Shown: positions 40,201-54,443, numbered from the whole stretch's first letter. The stretch: 63,288 nt of DNA, filler included, from Bigelowiella natans CCMP2755 (GCA_000320545.1; 4 parts of 4 records of this genome joined end to end with filler, not necessarily neighbours in it); one strand, 5' to 3'. Notes: generated from the letters alone by a model not told the origin. Numbers and translations are program-made.

Positions 40201-41020
40201 CCCCACTTGTACTGTTGCAGTAGCGATATCGCATACATTCGATCGGAAAGTTGGCGCGGATTCGAATCACGCCCTCCCCCTCCCAGGATCCATCCCGGTT
40301 TCTTCTGTCGGGAAGCAATTCGATGAAACAAACTCCATCCGGTTTCTCCCAGGCACCACCTTTACCTTGCAGCCCATGAAGAAGCAACGTTAGCTCTACC
40401 CAGTGCACGGTCTCTCCCCTTCCTCTGTTTTCTGCCTCACCACCCTCCCTCCAAACAGTAACAATGTTCGGTTTTTTCTGGTACCCATGTTGGCGGCGGT
40501 AGGTCGGATTTGTCCCAGCCTTTAGCTCACAATGGAAGGAGATGAAAACGTCTTTCCCTTCAAATTCGAGGAAGCGGTGTCCCTCAGCCCTATGCTTTAA
40601 GAGGGAGATATTCTCTGGGAGGGAGGCTTCGTAAGCGAACAGCGATTCTGTATAATGACTGCTCAACGACGACGGCGAAAAAGACGATGAAAACACAGGC
40701 CTGCATTCTCTAAACGATGAGTAGGAGATCATCGACGATGTGAAAGAGGAATTGATTTTGTCCTCAGTCATGCCTACGAGGCAGACGGATGAGCCGCTGG
40801 AATGTTTGTCCGCGTACGAAGGGCAAAATCGAATGGGGGAAATGGTTTTTGATACGCCACAGCCATGCGTTTCGCACACACCCTTGTCTCGAAGAAGAAT
40901 CGCACAGAGTTTTGATCCATGCACCCAGACACTTGTACAAATTACTTGATGGTGATTAGAGCATGGCATCAAAAAAAGGGGGAACGTTAAGCAAATTTCA
41001 AATTTTTGAAACGAAGACAA
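34328..41020 (-). CDS. Large hypothetical protein(s): low-complexity N-terminal exons and multi-pass membrane C-terminal exons
   Basis: Long ORFs 39587-41020 and 36537-38297, plus hydrophobic exons at about 36250-36360, 35640-35750, 35300-35420 and 34770-34880. No family recognised; may be more than one gene. Confidence 0.4.
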
Positions 41021-41460
41021 ACAAGAATAAGAGGCGTTTTTCCCGATGCGTCAGAATTATCGTCTCACTTTCGCGCTGGAAATCTTGGGATCTTTCTCTT
41101 GGTCTCCGACCTGTACCCTCTGTACAGCGAGCACAAAATAACTAAGAAAAAGCAGCGTTTTCCAAGAGTGCTGAGAAGCAGGAGAAAAGTTTCGCCATCG
41201 TTCTTTTTATTTTAGACGACAATCATTTATCGTAAAAACTCCAAGTCTTCCATGCAAAAAACAGCGTCATCCTGCTGAAAACAGCAAAATAATATCCGGT
41301 TGTGCCATCATTATTATCAACATCATTGTGCAGTCTTCTCACTGTGGTACCAAGTACAAGGATCGCAGCTGTCACGTGAGCGAATTAGTGCCAAAAATAA
41401 ATAAATGTACGAGGATAACCGTAGCATGCGACAGGCTCTCTTGCTACGATTCTAAATAAA

Positions 41461-43157
41461 ATGGTAAAATGATAGGCTGAAAGTCGGCGGATCAATCTTC
41501 CAATCCTTCGCATAAATGTAGGGTTTGAGTTGACGCAGATAATAATCCAATGATATCTCAGTTCCATGTGGTGCAGTTGGGATTTCTATCAAGAATCTCC
41601 TGAAAACGTCTGTCGCATTGCAGATCCTCGCTTGCGCGTGTGCGTGTGTGCGTGTGTGCGTGTGTGCAGAACACAACTCGAGAGGAAATCAACACACAAT
41701 GGGGGACGCTGTAGAGGTGTGTGTGTGTGTATGTTCGTATTCATGCATGCTTGGGTGGTCTGATGCGTCGCTTTGCCATCTCTCGAAACGTTTTTGCAGA
41801 AGGACTCGTTGGTTTTATGGGTATTGTTTCCATTCAGATCTGTCTGGTTGAGCCAGCCGTGCAGAAGTACGCGTGGGGCAAGATTGGAACTGCAAGTGCC
41901 GTTGCACAGCTTTCACAGCAGAAAGTTGACGAAAAATCACCTTATGCAGAGTTATGGATGGGAACCCATCATAAGGCGCCTGGGATGGTGACAGTGAATG
42001 GAAAGAAGGAGCTTTTGTCAAAAGTAATTGGGGCAGAACTTCCTTACCTGTTCAAGGTCCGTACTAGATAGCAAGCCTTCTGCGTGGTGTTAATGATTTC
42101 CTATCGCTTATGCGCTCTCTTTTGTTTTTTAATAATATATTGGCCACATATATCTAGGTGTTGTCGGTAGGAAAAGCGCTCTCGATTCAGGCGCACCCTG
42201 ACAAAAAGCTCGCCGAGCAGCTCCACAAGGACCGCCCAGAAGTGTACAAGGATCCTAACCACAAACCAGAGATGACATATGCAGTGACTAAGTTCGAGGC
42301 AATGTGTGGTTTCCGTCCACCAAAGGAAATTGCAGCTTATCTGGCGAGCTACCCTGGTATGTGAACCACAAAGACACACCTCCCACGCACACTTAATCTT
42401 CGCAATAAATCGGACAGAATTCAAGAAGCTCGTGGGCGAGGAAACCTCGAAAAGTTTCATTACATGCGCAGAGGGAACCGACGAGCAAGCATTGAAGAAG
42501 GCTCTCACCCAGCTCTTCACCACCGTTATGGAGGCAAACAAGGACGACGTCGCCAAGCAGGTTGAGGCAATGTGCAAACGTTTAGATTCATCGCAACAAG
42601 GCGAGATCGAGAAGTTACTCCTACGCCTAAACGGCCAATATCCTCTGGATGTTGGAGTTTTTGCTCCCCTTTTCCTAAACTACGTCGTCCTTCAGCCTGG
42701 GGATGCCATGTTTCTGTCCGCCAACGAGCCTCATGCGTACCTCGATGGTAACTGTATCGAGTGTATGGCATGCTCGGACAATGTCGTCAGGGCAGGTCTT
42801 ACTCCCAAGCTCCGCGACACGCCAACTCTCTGCTCGATGCTTACATATAAGGCCATGAAACCGGAGATTATGAAGGGAAAGCAGCTTGACGATAACACTA
42901 AGATGTTTACCTGCCCAATTGACGAATTCGAGCTTACTGTCACTAAAGTTGCAGGGGGCTCGAGCTACAGCCTTAAGGGGGTGAAAGGGCATTCCCTAAT
43001 ACTTGCTTACGATGGTACAGCAGCCGCAGCTTCAAAGAGTGGCACAAAATGCGATATGAAGAAAGGTTCCGTACTCTTCGTGCAGGGGGGGGCTGATGTG
43101 ACTTTTACTGCTACCTCTGATCTCACCATCTACCGCTGCTCAACCGCTTCTGCATGA
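41461..43157 (+). CDS. MPI: Mannose-6-phosphate isomerase, class I
   Basis: [88 protein letters not shown]. The ATG|gt micro-exon at 41461 is a guess; firm coding starts at 41838. Confidence 0.95.
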
Positions 43158-44376
43158 TGAGTCTATAATAGAAAAAGGAGAGTGAGCCTATAACAGCTAC
43201 AGTTATTGCTATGTTTGACGAAAAATGCTCGTGTCTCTTTCTCGATTGTAGCAAGTAGCATTAATACTTTTCAGATACCATGGTAATGCAGTTTATTTCA
43301 CAAATTTGCGATTTCGTACCGCAATAGTTCAGTATACATATTACCACGGATGGTCAGACGACACCAGCACACTTTTGCGTCACAGGGGTCATCAAGACCG
43401 CATCGATCAGTGTGAAGCAGCGTGATATGCTCGGCTCGCCCGACTGCGTTACAAACACTGAGTGCATGTATCTAGGTATTGCTAGGCTGTGCTCAGTTTC
43501 ACCCGCTGTGTGATGCTTGGCAATCCGACGATACGAACATGAAATCATATTTGCATAGCGCAGGCAGGACATCAAATCGTATAGCGTACGCTGCACAGCA
43601 CATTTAGACATGCTAGCATGCATCTATCTCTAGATCTAGCTTCATATGTTGGTTAAGCTTTCAATAATGCATCTCTCCATCATATTGTTAATTGATCGAG
43701 CTCCGCGTGTGCGGAATATACGATGCGCAACAATCTTAACTAGTTAAGCTGCGATGCAACGACGTGTGCGCATTCGTACAGCCTGCATGCTAGCATGCGC
43801 ACATATTGCGATTGCATGCAATAATAACTGCATGCTAGCTAGCATGGCCCGATCGATCATGCATGTAATATGGCATTGCTATCGATCAAGGTGAAAATGC
43901 TGTGCCTGACCACGCTACACGCAGTGCGCTTTCCTAACTTGGTTCATTTGCAGCAATAAGTTGTTGCATGTGTGACACATCTATGAGACGGATGTAATGA
44001 AAGATTTAATTTTTTTCAATGGTAGGTCATCCTAATGTAGCTGTGACACATCTATACATCATACAGATGCTCGCATCGCATGCGACACATTGCAACGCAT
44101 ATAAGTTAACTAGCTAAGCGCTCATCAACTACCAATGGTATATGCTCCTGCAATGTAGATTGACTAATTCATTGCTGTGGACACATGTCTTCTAGTCTGG
44201 AGCGTGGAGTGCTAGAGTGGCTACAATAGACATGCTTATATATACTGTGCATTTTTTTAAATTTATATATAATGTGTCTATATAGTGGCTCAACTACATC
44301 ATCATTTCCTTTTGTCGGACGGCATCCGCTCTGTTAAGGCTTGTGCACTCATCTGGAGGGACACTAAGCAATTCGC

Positions 44377-46004
44377 CTATGCCAATCCGAGAACGTTCTT
44401 CATCGCATTGAAAGTGTCAGTCGTGATCGCAGAGCAGCCTTCAGACCGAAATTGCTCGTTCACAGTCCGCAGGCCCTGGCCCAAGAATTTTTGCATCGAA
44501 CAAATGTCATTCACTCCGACAACGTTAAATTTGTGAATGATGGAATGTAAGAAAGTCGGCAGCTCCCACTTCAAGCCTTTTCTGGTGTTCGTAAGAATAA
44601 CCAACTCCTCCAAACTTCCCGGTCTCCTTGAATGCACGTAGGGATCGCGAAGTTTCCGCTCATTCGAGTCTAAAGCATGAATTTTCATCTCGGTGGTTTG
44701 TGAATGGCCGAGGGCCTTCCGTCTATCCATCAGCATTTCTCCTATTGCGCAGAGGTATTGCTTGCTTGGTGGCGACTCACATCGACTGCTTCTACGGATG
44801 TATACTTGGCACTCGAGTTTGGCATCGGTATTAACATCCACTCTCACGCTCTTACGCTCGTAAACCTAGAATGACGATCGCAATTTAGTCAACACACACA
44901 ATATCTTGTTCGGGTCATTTGTTAACCATTGCTCTATCTTACATTGGGAACGCCCTCGAAGCGATCAAGTAGCTCGAGCTGTGCAGGAGTCACATCGACA
45001 ACGATTCCATAAACAACTTTGTCCACTACAGGCGTAATATTCGCCACACTTCCATTCCACCCTCTTGAATTCCCTGCAAATGTGCGAATGAAATCTCTCA
45101 ATTTCGCTCCCCGCACATTGAGAGAGAGGGGATCTGTGATGTTTAGGCGGCCAACAAGCTGCGACACACTGTTGCTCCCATAGCTAAAAACGGGAATACT
45201 ATTCCCGTTGCTTCTACTGCTGATCTTTCTAGTAGTAGCAAGAAATTCTCTAAGGACGCTTTTCCTCAGCCCATAACTCGTCGCATCCTTCTCTGGATGG
45301 CCTTGAAACCCAACGAAGTACTTATCCCCATGCCTCAATTCTGCTTTTAAGACAAGATCAATATTCTTCTCTCTTTCGCCCGACAATCGAACACGTGTAT
45401 TGGGTTTGATGTGCTCCTGGTCAATTTGGAATCCAATCGATAGCTTCAGCAGCTGGGAGGCATCTATACCCCATGCATGGTTGTAGGCCAGCATTAATGG
45501 CGTTCGGCCTCCTTTCTTTTCCAATACAAACTCTTCCACCATATTTAACCGTGGATCCTTCAAGGGATAACTAAACACACGAGCCCCCCTAAACGTAAAA
45601 ATAAAAACATGGTCATGGATTGAGGATAACACCTTACAGTGTCCATACAGGCTTATTTCGAAAGCAATTAGCTCTCAAATAAAACTTGTGCACCTCTCTC
45701 CTTCGTCGTAAGCTTTGGCGACTTGCTGCAGACCGTAGCAGATTCCCAAAATAGGAATCTCAGTCTCTCTGATGAAAATTTCCCCACCTTTTGTTAGCTT
45801 TCTTTCGCCATTTCCTCCTGTCAGCAGGATAAAATCTGGGCGAGGAGATAGTTTTTTAACCGATTCGATGTCTTCGGGATATTTTTCGATACAGGTGGCA
45901 TAAGGCGAAAGCCATTCCTTGTAGGAGTCTACGTTCTCACTGTTCTTAATGATGACGGCCCTGAGTAAGGACGATCCCCCCTTTTGTAGTCTTTGCATAC
46001 TCAT
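44377..46004 (-). CDS. Class I glutamine amidotransferase domain fused to gamma-glutamylcyclotransferase (GGCT/AIG2-like) domain, 3 exons
   Basis: PDFILLTGG, IPILGICYGLQ (nucleophile Cys), FVGFQGHPE (His-Glu); then VFSYGSNS, VANI..VYGIV..LLDRFEG|VYER..PPSKQYL. Short introns about 45652-45693 and 44867-44942 restore the frame. Confidence 0.8.
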
Positions 46005-46399
46005 GACGCGACCGACTCGGAGAGTACTGACGGCAGCAGCGTTGGTTAAAAAGAAACGGATGTCCAGGATGTCCTCCCATGTCGCAAGCGGAGAATGGAA
46101 GCCATTTCCCGCTTAAAACTTATCTTTAAAAACACAGAAGATTTTAGTTCTGTGCCGTATGTACTACCAAGTCGCATGATAAAAAAAGGCTGCAAGATAT
46201 TCCTTACGACAAAAACCCAAATCGCAATGGCTTCCAGGTGCTCGAAGGGGGGGCTCGGTTTTGTGGGAGGGAGAGAAGTAAGCCCGTGGGGGGACAACGG
46301 GTTTTACGATCGAAGCGATATTATTGTTCAAAAATTGTGAATGGCATTTGTGACGGCCGTTTTCTCTCCCCCTTCCCCCCCCCCCCCCCCTTTGTTTTC

Positions 46400-48959
46400 A
46401 GATGCTGCGTGCTTCCGAAGGGGAAGCGCTTGATTCTCTCTGTTGTTTCCCTTCTGCACGTCATCGCTATCGCCAAGGTCTTCTCATCGATATCTATATT
46501 AATCCATGAGATCGTGAAGTAAGGTGAGAGGGATAGATATTTCTGAATCTAACTAATGGCTTCTCTCCTCCTCTTCCTCCTCCCTCCTTCTCACCTAAAT
46601 TGTACGTCCAGGTACTTCACCAGCCACCACCCAAGGCAGCACAGAGACAGGACGTTTCGAACAACCCAACACCACAACCTCCCGGCGCCCCACGATCGAC
46701 TGGCTACAATCACCCATGTATTATTATGTGGCAACGAATCAGGATGAGTTTCAATCATCGATGCAAGGGGATTCTCCTTTTATTACACAATATTCAGAGT
46801 CGAGTTGTTGATATGGCTCATATTACTATCTTCGTGGATAATTCAACAGATGACAACCCTCCTCCTCCAAACTCTGGCGGCCCGCCCCAGGGAGGACCCC
46901 ACCCGCCGCAACACGCGCCCCTCCACGGGAACATCCAGCAACTACAGGAGAACGAGAAGTATGATAAACGGCACTCAATCGTCGCCACATTTCTGGGCAT
47001 ACTACTCCTCAGTATTCCAATTCTCTTCAGCGGTATTATTATCTGGTGGCTTTGTTTTCCAACACTTACACGATGATTGTGTATGCTGTGACAAGATGTG
47101 GGTGTGTTCCTCCCATAAAGCACGTTCTTTGTGTTGATTGTATAACATGAAGCATGGGGTATACATAAACGGAGGGAATTGAAACGCCAAATGCAGATAC
47201 AGCAGCAGCAGCTTATGGTATTCCTACTACTATTACTACTACTACTGCTACTACTACTACTACTACTACTACTCTAATTTAGAAGTATCAGCAGCAGCAG
47301 TCTTAGTCAGGAAACCACGTACCATTATTACTAAACTACTTTTAGTTACATCGCTCATTCTCCTCCTTCTCGTAGAAGGATAAATGTAGATATTATATAG
47401 TACTTGTGGAGGTGAACACGTGGTCACTATCATCGTTTTCATCATTATCATTCTCACTTATAAACGTGCAAACTTCTTTCTATGCAACTGAAGGATGACG
47501 CAAATGGAGGGGAGGGGGAGGGGTTCCAGATGCAAAGAATGATATCGCCAATACCAAACGTACATCAACAATTAATGGAGAATGTGATTGTCACACAAAC
47601 ACACATACACACACACATATATGTGTGTGTGATAGGTGCGGACGTGATTGTGTATGTGAATGGTGCAAAACACCAACCCCCCTGCCGAATTAACGGATAG
47701 ATCCCCCCCCTAACGATCACCCTTATCGTCCTTATAATCATCATCATCATCATAGTCATAATCCTCGTCCCAATTTCCACAAAGCCCCGAGGATAGTGAG
47801 GCCAAGGAGAGACTCCCTCCGCGGTACGATGGGGGGAATCTAAGGCATAAGGGACAAGGAGCATTTCCTCAAAACCACATAAGCTTTGAAAATATTGAAC
47901 ACAGCCACACGCATGCACATTCACGCACGTTTCAACAGGCAAGGGCCCATGCCTCCCGTAGCTCTGCAGGTGATTCTCTCTGTTGAAAATCGGATTGCGT
48001 GCAAGCGAGGAGGAGCGGCAATGGAGACGCCGGCGATGAAAATGGCCGAAGGGAAATCGGTGTGTATGGTTTGTCTTTTTTCGTCGAGCATCGAAAGCCG
48101 TTATGGTACTGCTTTGTAGTAGTAGTAGTAGTAGCAGCAGCAGCAGTAGCAGTAGAGGAGCTAGTGGCACTATTGAACATACGGTAACGATGATGATGAT
48201 GATGATGACCGCAACAAAGGAGAGGAAGGAAATTTAAACTGATGATTTCTTTTCCTCCCACGATGTGCCTACATCTCTACTGCTGCTAGGAAAGGAGGAG
48301 GTGTGGAGGGGCGGAGGCAGATTCTCACCAATATCTCGGCATATTTTCGGCCGGGATTGACCGCCAGTAACCTCTAGTCTTCCCCATCGTTTCTCCCTCC
48401 CCCCCCCCCCTCTCTTTCTCTTGTTCCCTGTGTTATTATTGCTCTTAATGTTCATTACAACATAGCAAATAGTGAGGTCAGAATAAACCGAAGATTTTCT
48501 TCTCGTGCGTAATCGTACGTACGTGTGTGTGTGTGTGTGTGTGTTCTGTGTTATTCGTTGTTTCGTGTCGGTCATCGTTCCTCTCGTAGTTATGGGTCCT
48601 TCCGGATCGGGAAAAACGGTAAAGTAGTCGTATAGTAGTAGTTGTTGTAGTAAAATCGTCGTGATGCAGGTGTACTTGATAGGAAAATGATGTGTGATTT
48701 GATAATCACACTTCTCATTCACTTCTTCCTCGTTTGCTGTTGCTTTTGCTCGATAACCTATTACTCAATTTTGGATGGTGTAATATCGTTTCGGTTGCAA
48801 CTTGATTTTGATTGGTTCTTCGATGCTATGCCTCTTGGGATTCTCCTACTGCTGCTGCTGCTGCTGCTGCTGCTCTTTGATATGAACAGACTCTCTTAAA
48901 CCTGCTAGCGAGTCGTACCAACTATGGTGTTATGGAAGGTGCCGTGTTGATTTGTTTAG

Positions 48960-49000
<41 letters not shown>

Positions 49001-49261
49001 GTGTGTGTGTGTGTGTGTGTGGATGTGGATGTGTACATATGCGTATATTTCGTAAGCAAAGGTTTTTGATCGGCGGTTGTTTAGTGTTTATTCTATGTAA
49101 TGTTGCAGGCTTGTACTTCATCGATGGAATTTCGTACAGCCCGGAACGGTATCGATCCATGATGAAGTTTCAGGTGTTGTGTGTTAGTATCAAATTCAAT
49201 TTTTTTAATTTTTTTTTTTAATGAACATTCGTGCTCATATTGTATTTATCCTCCTCCTCCT

Positions 49262-49293
<32 letters not shown>

Positions 49294-50523
49294 GCATGCG
49301 TAATTTATGTTTATCTGATCTAAAAAGGGTTACGTCGAGCAAACCGATGTTTTCATCGAGAGAGGTACTAAGTAAGTAAGTAAGTAAGTAGTGGCATGAT
49401 CTTGCGCCGCTGCTGTCACCATGTTCCATATCTCAAACACACGATTGTCACATCGTAGATGTACATTGCATTTATTGTGAATATCATACACTTATATTTG
49501 TTATAATTAAGATATTAATATGAGCAGTGAGCGTTCGCGAGTCGTTGACGTACACGGCCCTCCTCTCACTACCGGATGAAATGCCTATTTCTGCCAAACT
49601 TGCTCGTGTTTCAACGGTTGTGCTTGGAATTTTAAACTCCTCTTAGCGACATTATATACATATGCATGTGATAGTGGTTGACTTGACGAATTGCCTCTGT
49701 GATCTGTGACTCTGGCGCTGCTCGTGAAGCTATTTCTTTGACAATGGTTGGTATGATGATTGATGGCTAGCTGCGGACTGGTTTATGGAGGAGGAGAGTG
49801 CTCAACAACCATGACCTGTCACTGTTCCCAACAACTCTTTCTCATTCTTATCCTTCTCTCCCTCATCATGTAGGTGCTCGAGCAAGTGCAGCTGACATCT
49901 TGTGCAGATCAGTTAATCGGTGGATTGTCCTTCAAAAGTAGAGTGTCTTTCTCCCCCCCCCCTCCCCCTCCTCTCTCTCTCTCTGTGTGTGTGTGCGTGT
50001 GTGTATAACGATTCGACGATGAACTTTGCAGCTGGCGGTAATCATAACGAATATCTATCTGGATAATATTTGAATAAGGCCTCTTCTCCCCTTACCCCCC
50101 CCCCCGGTCTCACTCTCTCCTCTCTTCTACCACCACCACTATTGCAGGGCATCTCGGGAGGACAGAGGAGACGGTTGTCCATAGCTGAAAAGTTGATCCA
50201 TATGCCGACGGGGCTCATCCTCGATGAAGTAAGTATTAGTGTGAGGAGGAGTGTGAATGTGTCATTCGTGATGATGGTGTTGATTGATCATCAGAGGCTA
50301 ATAATCTCATTGATGATGATGATGATGATGATGATCTTGGGTGCTGCGGCTCCTTGCGCAATTACCTTGCTCGGTCATCATCATTACCATGATCGTCGTT
50401 ATCATTATCAGCCAACATCCGGTCTTGATTCATCTTCGTCCTTTACCATCTGCCAGCTTCTGAGCAACCTGGGTAGTAGTATTATCATCATAAATCAATG
50501 CCAATTCCTGCTCGAAATATGAG

Positions 50524-50557
<34 letters not shown>

Positions 50558-50671
50558 ATGTGTGTGTGTTACATTCTTTATCTCCCACTCATACTGAGAA
50601 TTCACCTCGTCAATTTTCAATCGTCCTGAAACACGATGTGTGTCACCTTGGAGTGTGGTTTCCCGGTTATG

Positions 50672-50712
<41 letters not shown>

Positions 50713-50979
50713 CGTGTTTGCTATTGGTTGTTCCGCGCAATGTTGATTTTTTTTTGGGTGATACGCCGATGAGAGATTTGACCAACACCTTACCCCCCCC
50801 CCCCGACCCCAGCTCGAGATCATCGTCGCACAGTAATTCTCACCATCCATCAGCCAAGACTTGAGATTTTTAGGTTGTTTGTGGTGGTGGTCGTAATAGT
50901 TTGTAGTAGTAGTTGTTGGTGTAACATGGTAATAATTCATCTATCGTCCATGCATTGATTTTCAATGGTTGTTTTCCCG

Positions 50980-51011
<32 letters not shown>

Positions 51012-51306
51012 TGTTTGCCGCTGTTAATCATCAAAGGCTCTTCGATGATTTGTTACTGCTGGGTACTGGGGGCTACCAGGCGTATTTTGGAAGTGCGGTC
51101 GGTGCATGATTATCCTTGTTATGAAAACGATGATGATGATGATAGCGATGATGATGGTGATGATGATGACAAAGTCACATCGAAACACATCGTGGATGGA
51201 ACATGCCAACTGCCTGGGCTCTGATGCGTATTCTTGACTAACACAGCAAAATGCGAGTAAGTTTTTCCAAGACAACGAAGTTTCCAGTAATGGCGTCGAC
51301 TTTAAG
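46400..51306 (+). CDS. ABCG (White-family) transporter, 5' part with nucleotide-binding domain (cut by gap)
   Basis: MGPSGSGKT|TLLNLLA (Walker A, about 48590), GYVEQTD, SVRESLTYTALLSLP, GISGGQRRRLSIA..LILDE|PTSGLDS, RTVILTIHQP, LFDDLLLL. Upstream Pro-rich and TM exons (46400-47076) probably belong to it; start uncertain. Confidence 0.85.
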
Positions 51307-51492
51307 GTGATATGAGCACCATCAATCAATCAGTCAGGAAGGAAATATCTTTCAAAATCGTTCAAAAACACGACCGCACTCACACTTTGTTATCTTTGGC
51401 ATGAAGAACTTGCGCCATCACCCATATTCGTACTCATTTTGTTTTTTCATCGTTCTTCTCCCCCCTCTTCTTCTTCTTCTCCCCCCCCCCCC

Positions 51493-51592
51493 NNNNNNNN
51501 NNNNNNNNNNNNNNNNNNNNNNNNNNNNNNNNNNNNTTAATTAATTAANNNNNNNNNNNNNNNNNNNNNNNNNNNNNNNNNNNNNNNNNNNN
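51493..51592. other. Assembly gap spacer
   Basis: N-TTAATTAATTAA-N, 100 bp. Confidence 0.98.
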
Positions 51593-51642
51593 CGTCGTAC
51601 GTACTACTAACTTAACCTACCCTACCTACTACTACTACTACT

Positions 51643-51686
<44 letters not shown>

Positions 51687-51697
51687 ACTACTACTTA

Positions 51698-51748
<51 letters not shown>

Positions 51749-51973
51749 TACACACAGCGCGAGAAGATTCGAGCTCAGGAGGCAGCACAGAGGGCCGCAT
51801 TTGCAGCAGCAGCAGCACAGAGCAATGGAAATGCTTGGGGTCATCATATAAACATTTAATAATACAGAGAGCAGAGAGCATTATAGAGTAGGCAGTCTTA
51901 TCATCATCATCATCATCATCCTTCTCATCGTCGTCAAAATAATGTCCATTATTGTTATTATTACTCATTGTCA

Positions 51974-52550
51974 GGCCGTGTGCGTACGGGTTCGGCTCCC
52001 AAATCCCTTGCAGAGATCCAGCAGTCAGCACAGTCGGAAATGGCTCGTGAGCGCCAAAAACGACAGCAGGCAGCAGCGGCTGCAGCTGCTGCTTCAACAG
52101 CGCATCAGCGCAATGTAAGTGAGCATTTGTGTATGTATGTATGTATGTATGTATGCATGTATGTATGCATGTAGTTATGTATGTATGTATGTATGTATGT
52201 ATGTATGTAGTTGCTTCATCGTCGTTTTCTATTCTATTGGATTGGATTGAGTCAGCATCCATCAGAAGTATAACAATCAAAACATCATGAGGAATTAGTT
52301 CGATGGTGAACATAACAATGATGGTGACGATGGTGCTCATTAATCTTCAACAATAAAATTCGTATCACTATCGATGATGATGATGATCCTAATTATCTCC
52401 CTATCATTGTAATCAGGCCGGCGGATGGGGAGGGCGCGGATTTGCAGCTCCTGCACCAAACAGTTTTGCAGAAATGCTACGACGTCAGAAGGCAGCAGCA
52501 GATGCGGCTGCTGGAGCAAGTTCCAGGTGCTATCATTATGTGAAGGATAG

Positions 52551-52581
<31 letters not shown>

Positions 52582-53457
52582 AGTGAAAATATACAAGTGT
52601 AATTCATATTAGCGCTACCTTTGTTATAGTGAAAATGACACCTTGATGTTAATTTTTTCCTTTCATTATTATTATTATCACTATTATTATTATTCTTAGA
52701 TCATCACCCTCAGTTGGTGTACGACGATCTGCCGGTGCCGTAACAAGCGCCATAGCATCATCATCATCATCATCATTATCATCATCATCATTGCAAGAAC
52801 GACAAAAGCAGCACCAGTCACCGTCGCAACAACAAAAACCCAGAGTCTCCTCCACTTCCTCCCCCCCCTCCTCTACTACTACCACCACACACAAGCACGG
52901 CCACCAGCAAGTGAAGAAGAAGAGTCATGATGTCGACAGCGAAGATGACGATGATGGCACTATGTTCTGGGAGTACAATGAGGCTGATGAGAAGAAGAAG
53001 AAGAAGAAAAACAATTTATCCACAAATAAAGCGAAAAATGTTGTCCCTCCTTCCACCGCCATTAATACCTCTGCAGGATCGTCGTTATCTTCCAAGTCCT
53101 CTGCTGCTGGGTCTGGATTAATATCATCCCAAATGTCATCATCATCATCATCGTCGTCGCTATCCTTATCATCTTCTTCAACACGAAGACGCGCAAGGAA
53201 GAAGCCCTCGAATGCATTTGGTGGTCCTGCCATGTCAAAGGTACCACGTAGGTAGGTAGATGGGTGGGTACGTACGGAGGGAGGAGAGATTTTACCTCAA
53301 GCCATCTTGCTCCATTCTTGTACTGAGCGTGAGTGAAGAACACACCATTGCCCAAAATTCGTTGATGATCATCAATCATTAGGAGCAGTAGCACAGTAGT
53401 AGTGGTAGCAGCCGTCGTATATGCTCCTTGTACATATAATATATACATATATTAATA

Positions 53458-53496
<39 letters not shown>

Positions 53497-54443
53497 TCTG
53501 TTTGTGTTGTTCTGTGTTGTTGTCTAATGCTGCAGGAATTCGAGGAGTGGTGCAAAATGCATCTGGAGAAATTGGCTGGCAGTCCAGGTACTGCTACTAT
53601 TACTACAACGATGATGATGATGACTCACGAGCTGCTATTGCTGCAATGAAAAGAGCTGTTTCAAGAGAAACTATTCCCCTGCTTTCTCATTCGGTTTCTT
53701 CTTTTTCTTCTTCTCCACTACCCCCGTACGCATGTGTACACGTGTGGACTGTGCTTCTGATTCTTCTTCAATATTTCTATAACAGACACGACTTTGGTTG
53801 AATTCTTGATGACGGTTGATAGTGAGGCGGAGATCAGGGAACATCTTTACACGTAATTATCAATCATTATCATCAGCATCATCATCATCTACTCTATTTC
53901 TCCCTCTTCCTCATAATGATCACATTCTCTATTGCTTTACACTACCTGGTGCTCCTTCTCCTCCTCCTCCTCCTCCTCCTCCTCCTCCTCCTCCTCAGAT
54001 ATCTTGGGAAAAGCGACGAAGTGAAGGAATTCGCCTCTGGGTTCCTGCAACACAAAGTTAGTAATCTTTTAGTGAAAAAGGATTCTATAACTTCTGAGCA
54101 TAACTCTACTCGTTACCTAATCCAATTCTAAATTCTACAAATCAGAACTTTCAGAGGAAGAAAACGCACACAGTCAAGCAGAAGTCTACCTCGGTATAAC
54201 TAGCATTAGATTTTGTTAGCAAAAAGAAAAACTAGCATCGTTAAGCATTAACATTAGAAAACTATTTATCATTATCAGACCCATCATCAGAACACACCAA
54301 CGAAACCGAAGCCTAGTCCTTCGATTGCATCAGCCGGTTCTTTTGGGATATTGGGCGTTCAGTCACAATCTTCTTCTGCGCCCACAGACACCACACCCGG
54401 AAAGAAAAAGCGAAATAGAAACAGAAGACGCAAAAAACGATGA
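51974..54443 (+). CDS. GIGYF/Smy2-like protein, C-terminal part
   Basis: PKSLAEIQQ, MFWEY, AFGGPAMSK|EFEEWCKMHLEKLAGS|DTTLVEFLMTVDSEAEIREHL|YLGKSDEVKEFASGFLQHK and a basic tail KKKRNRNRRRKKR*. Resembles the conserved GIGYF C-terminus; the GYF domain itself is not in view. Confidence 0.65.
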
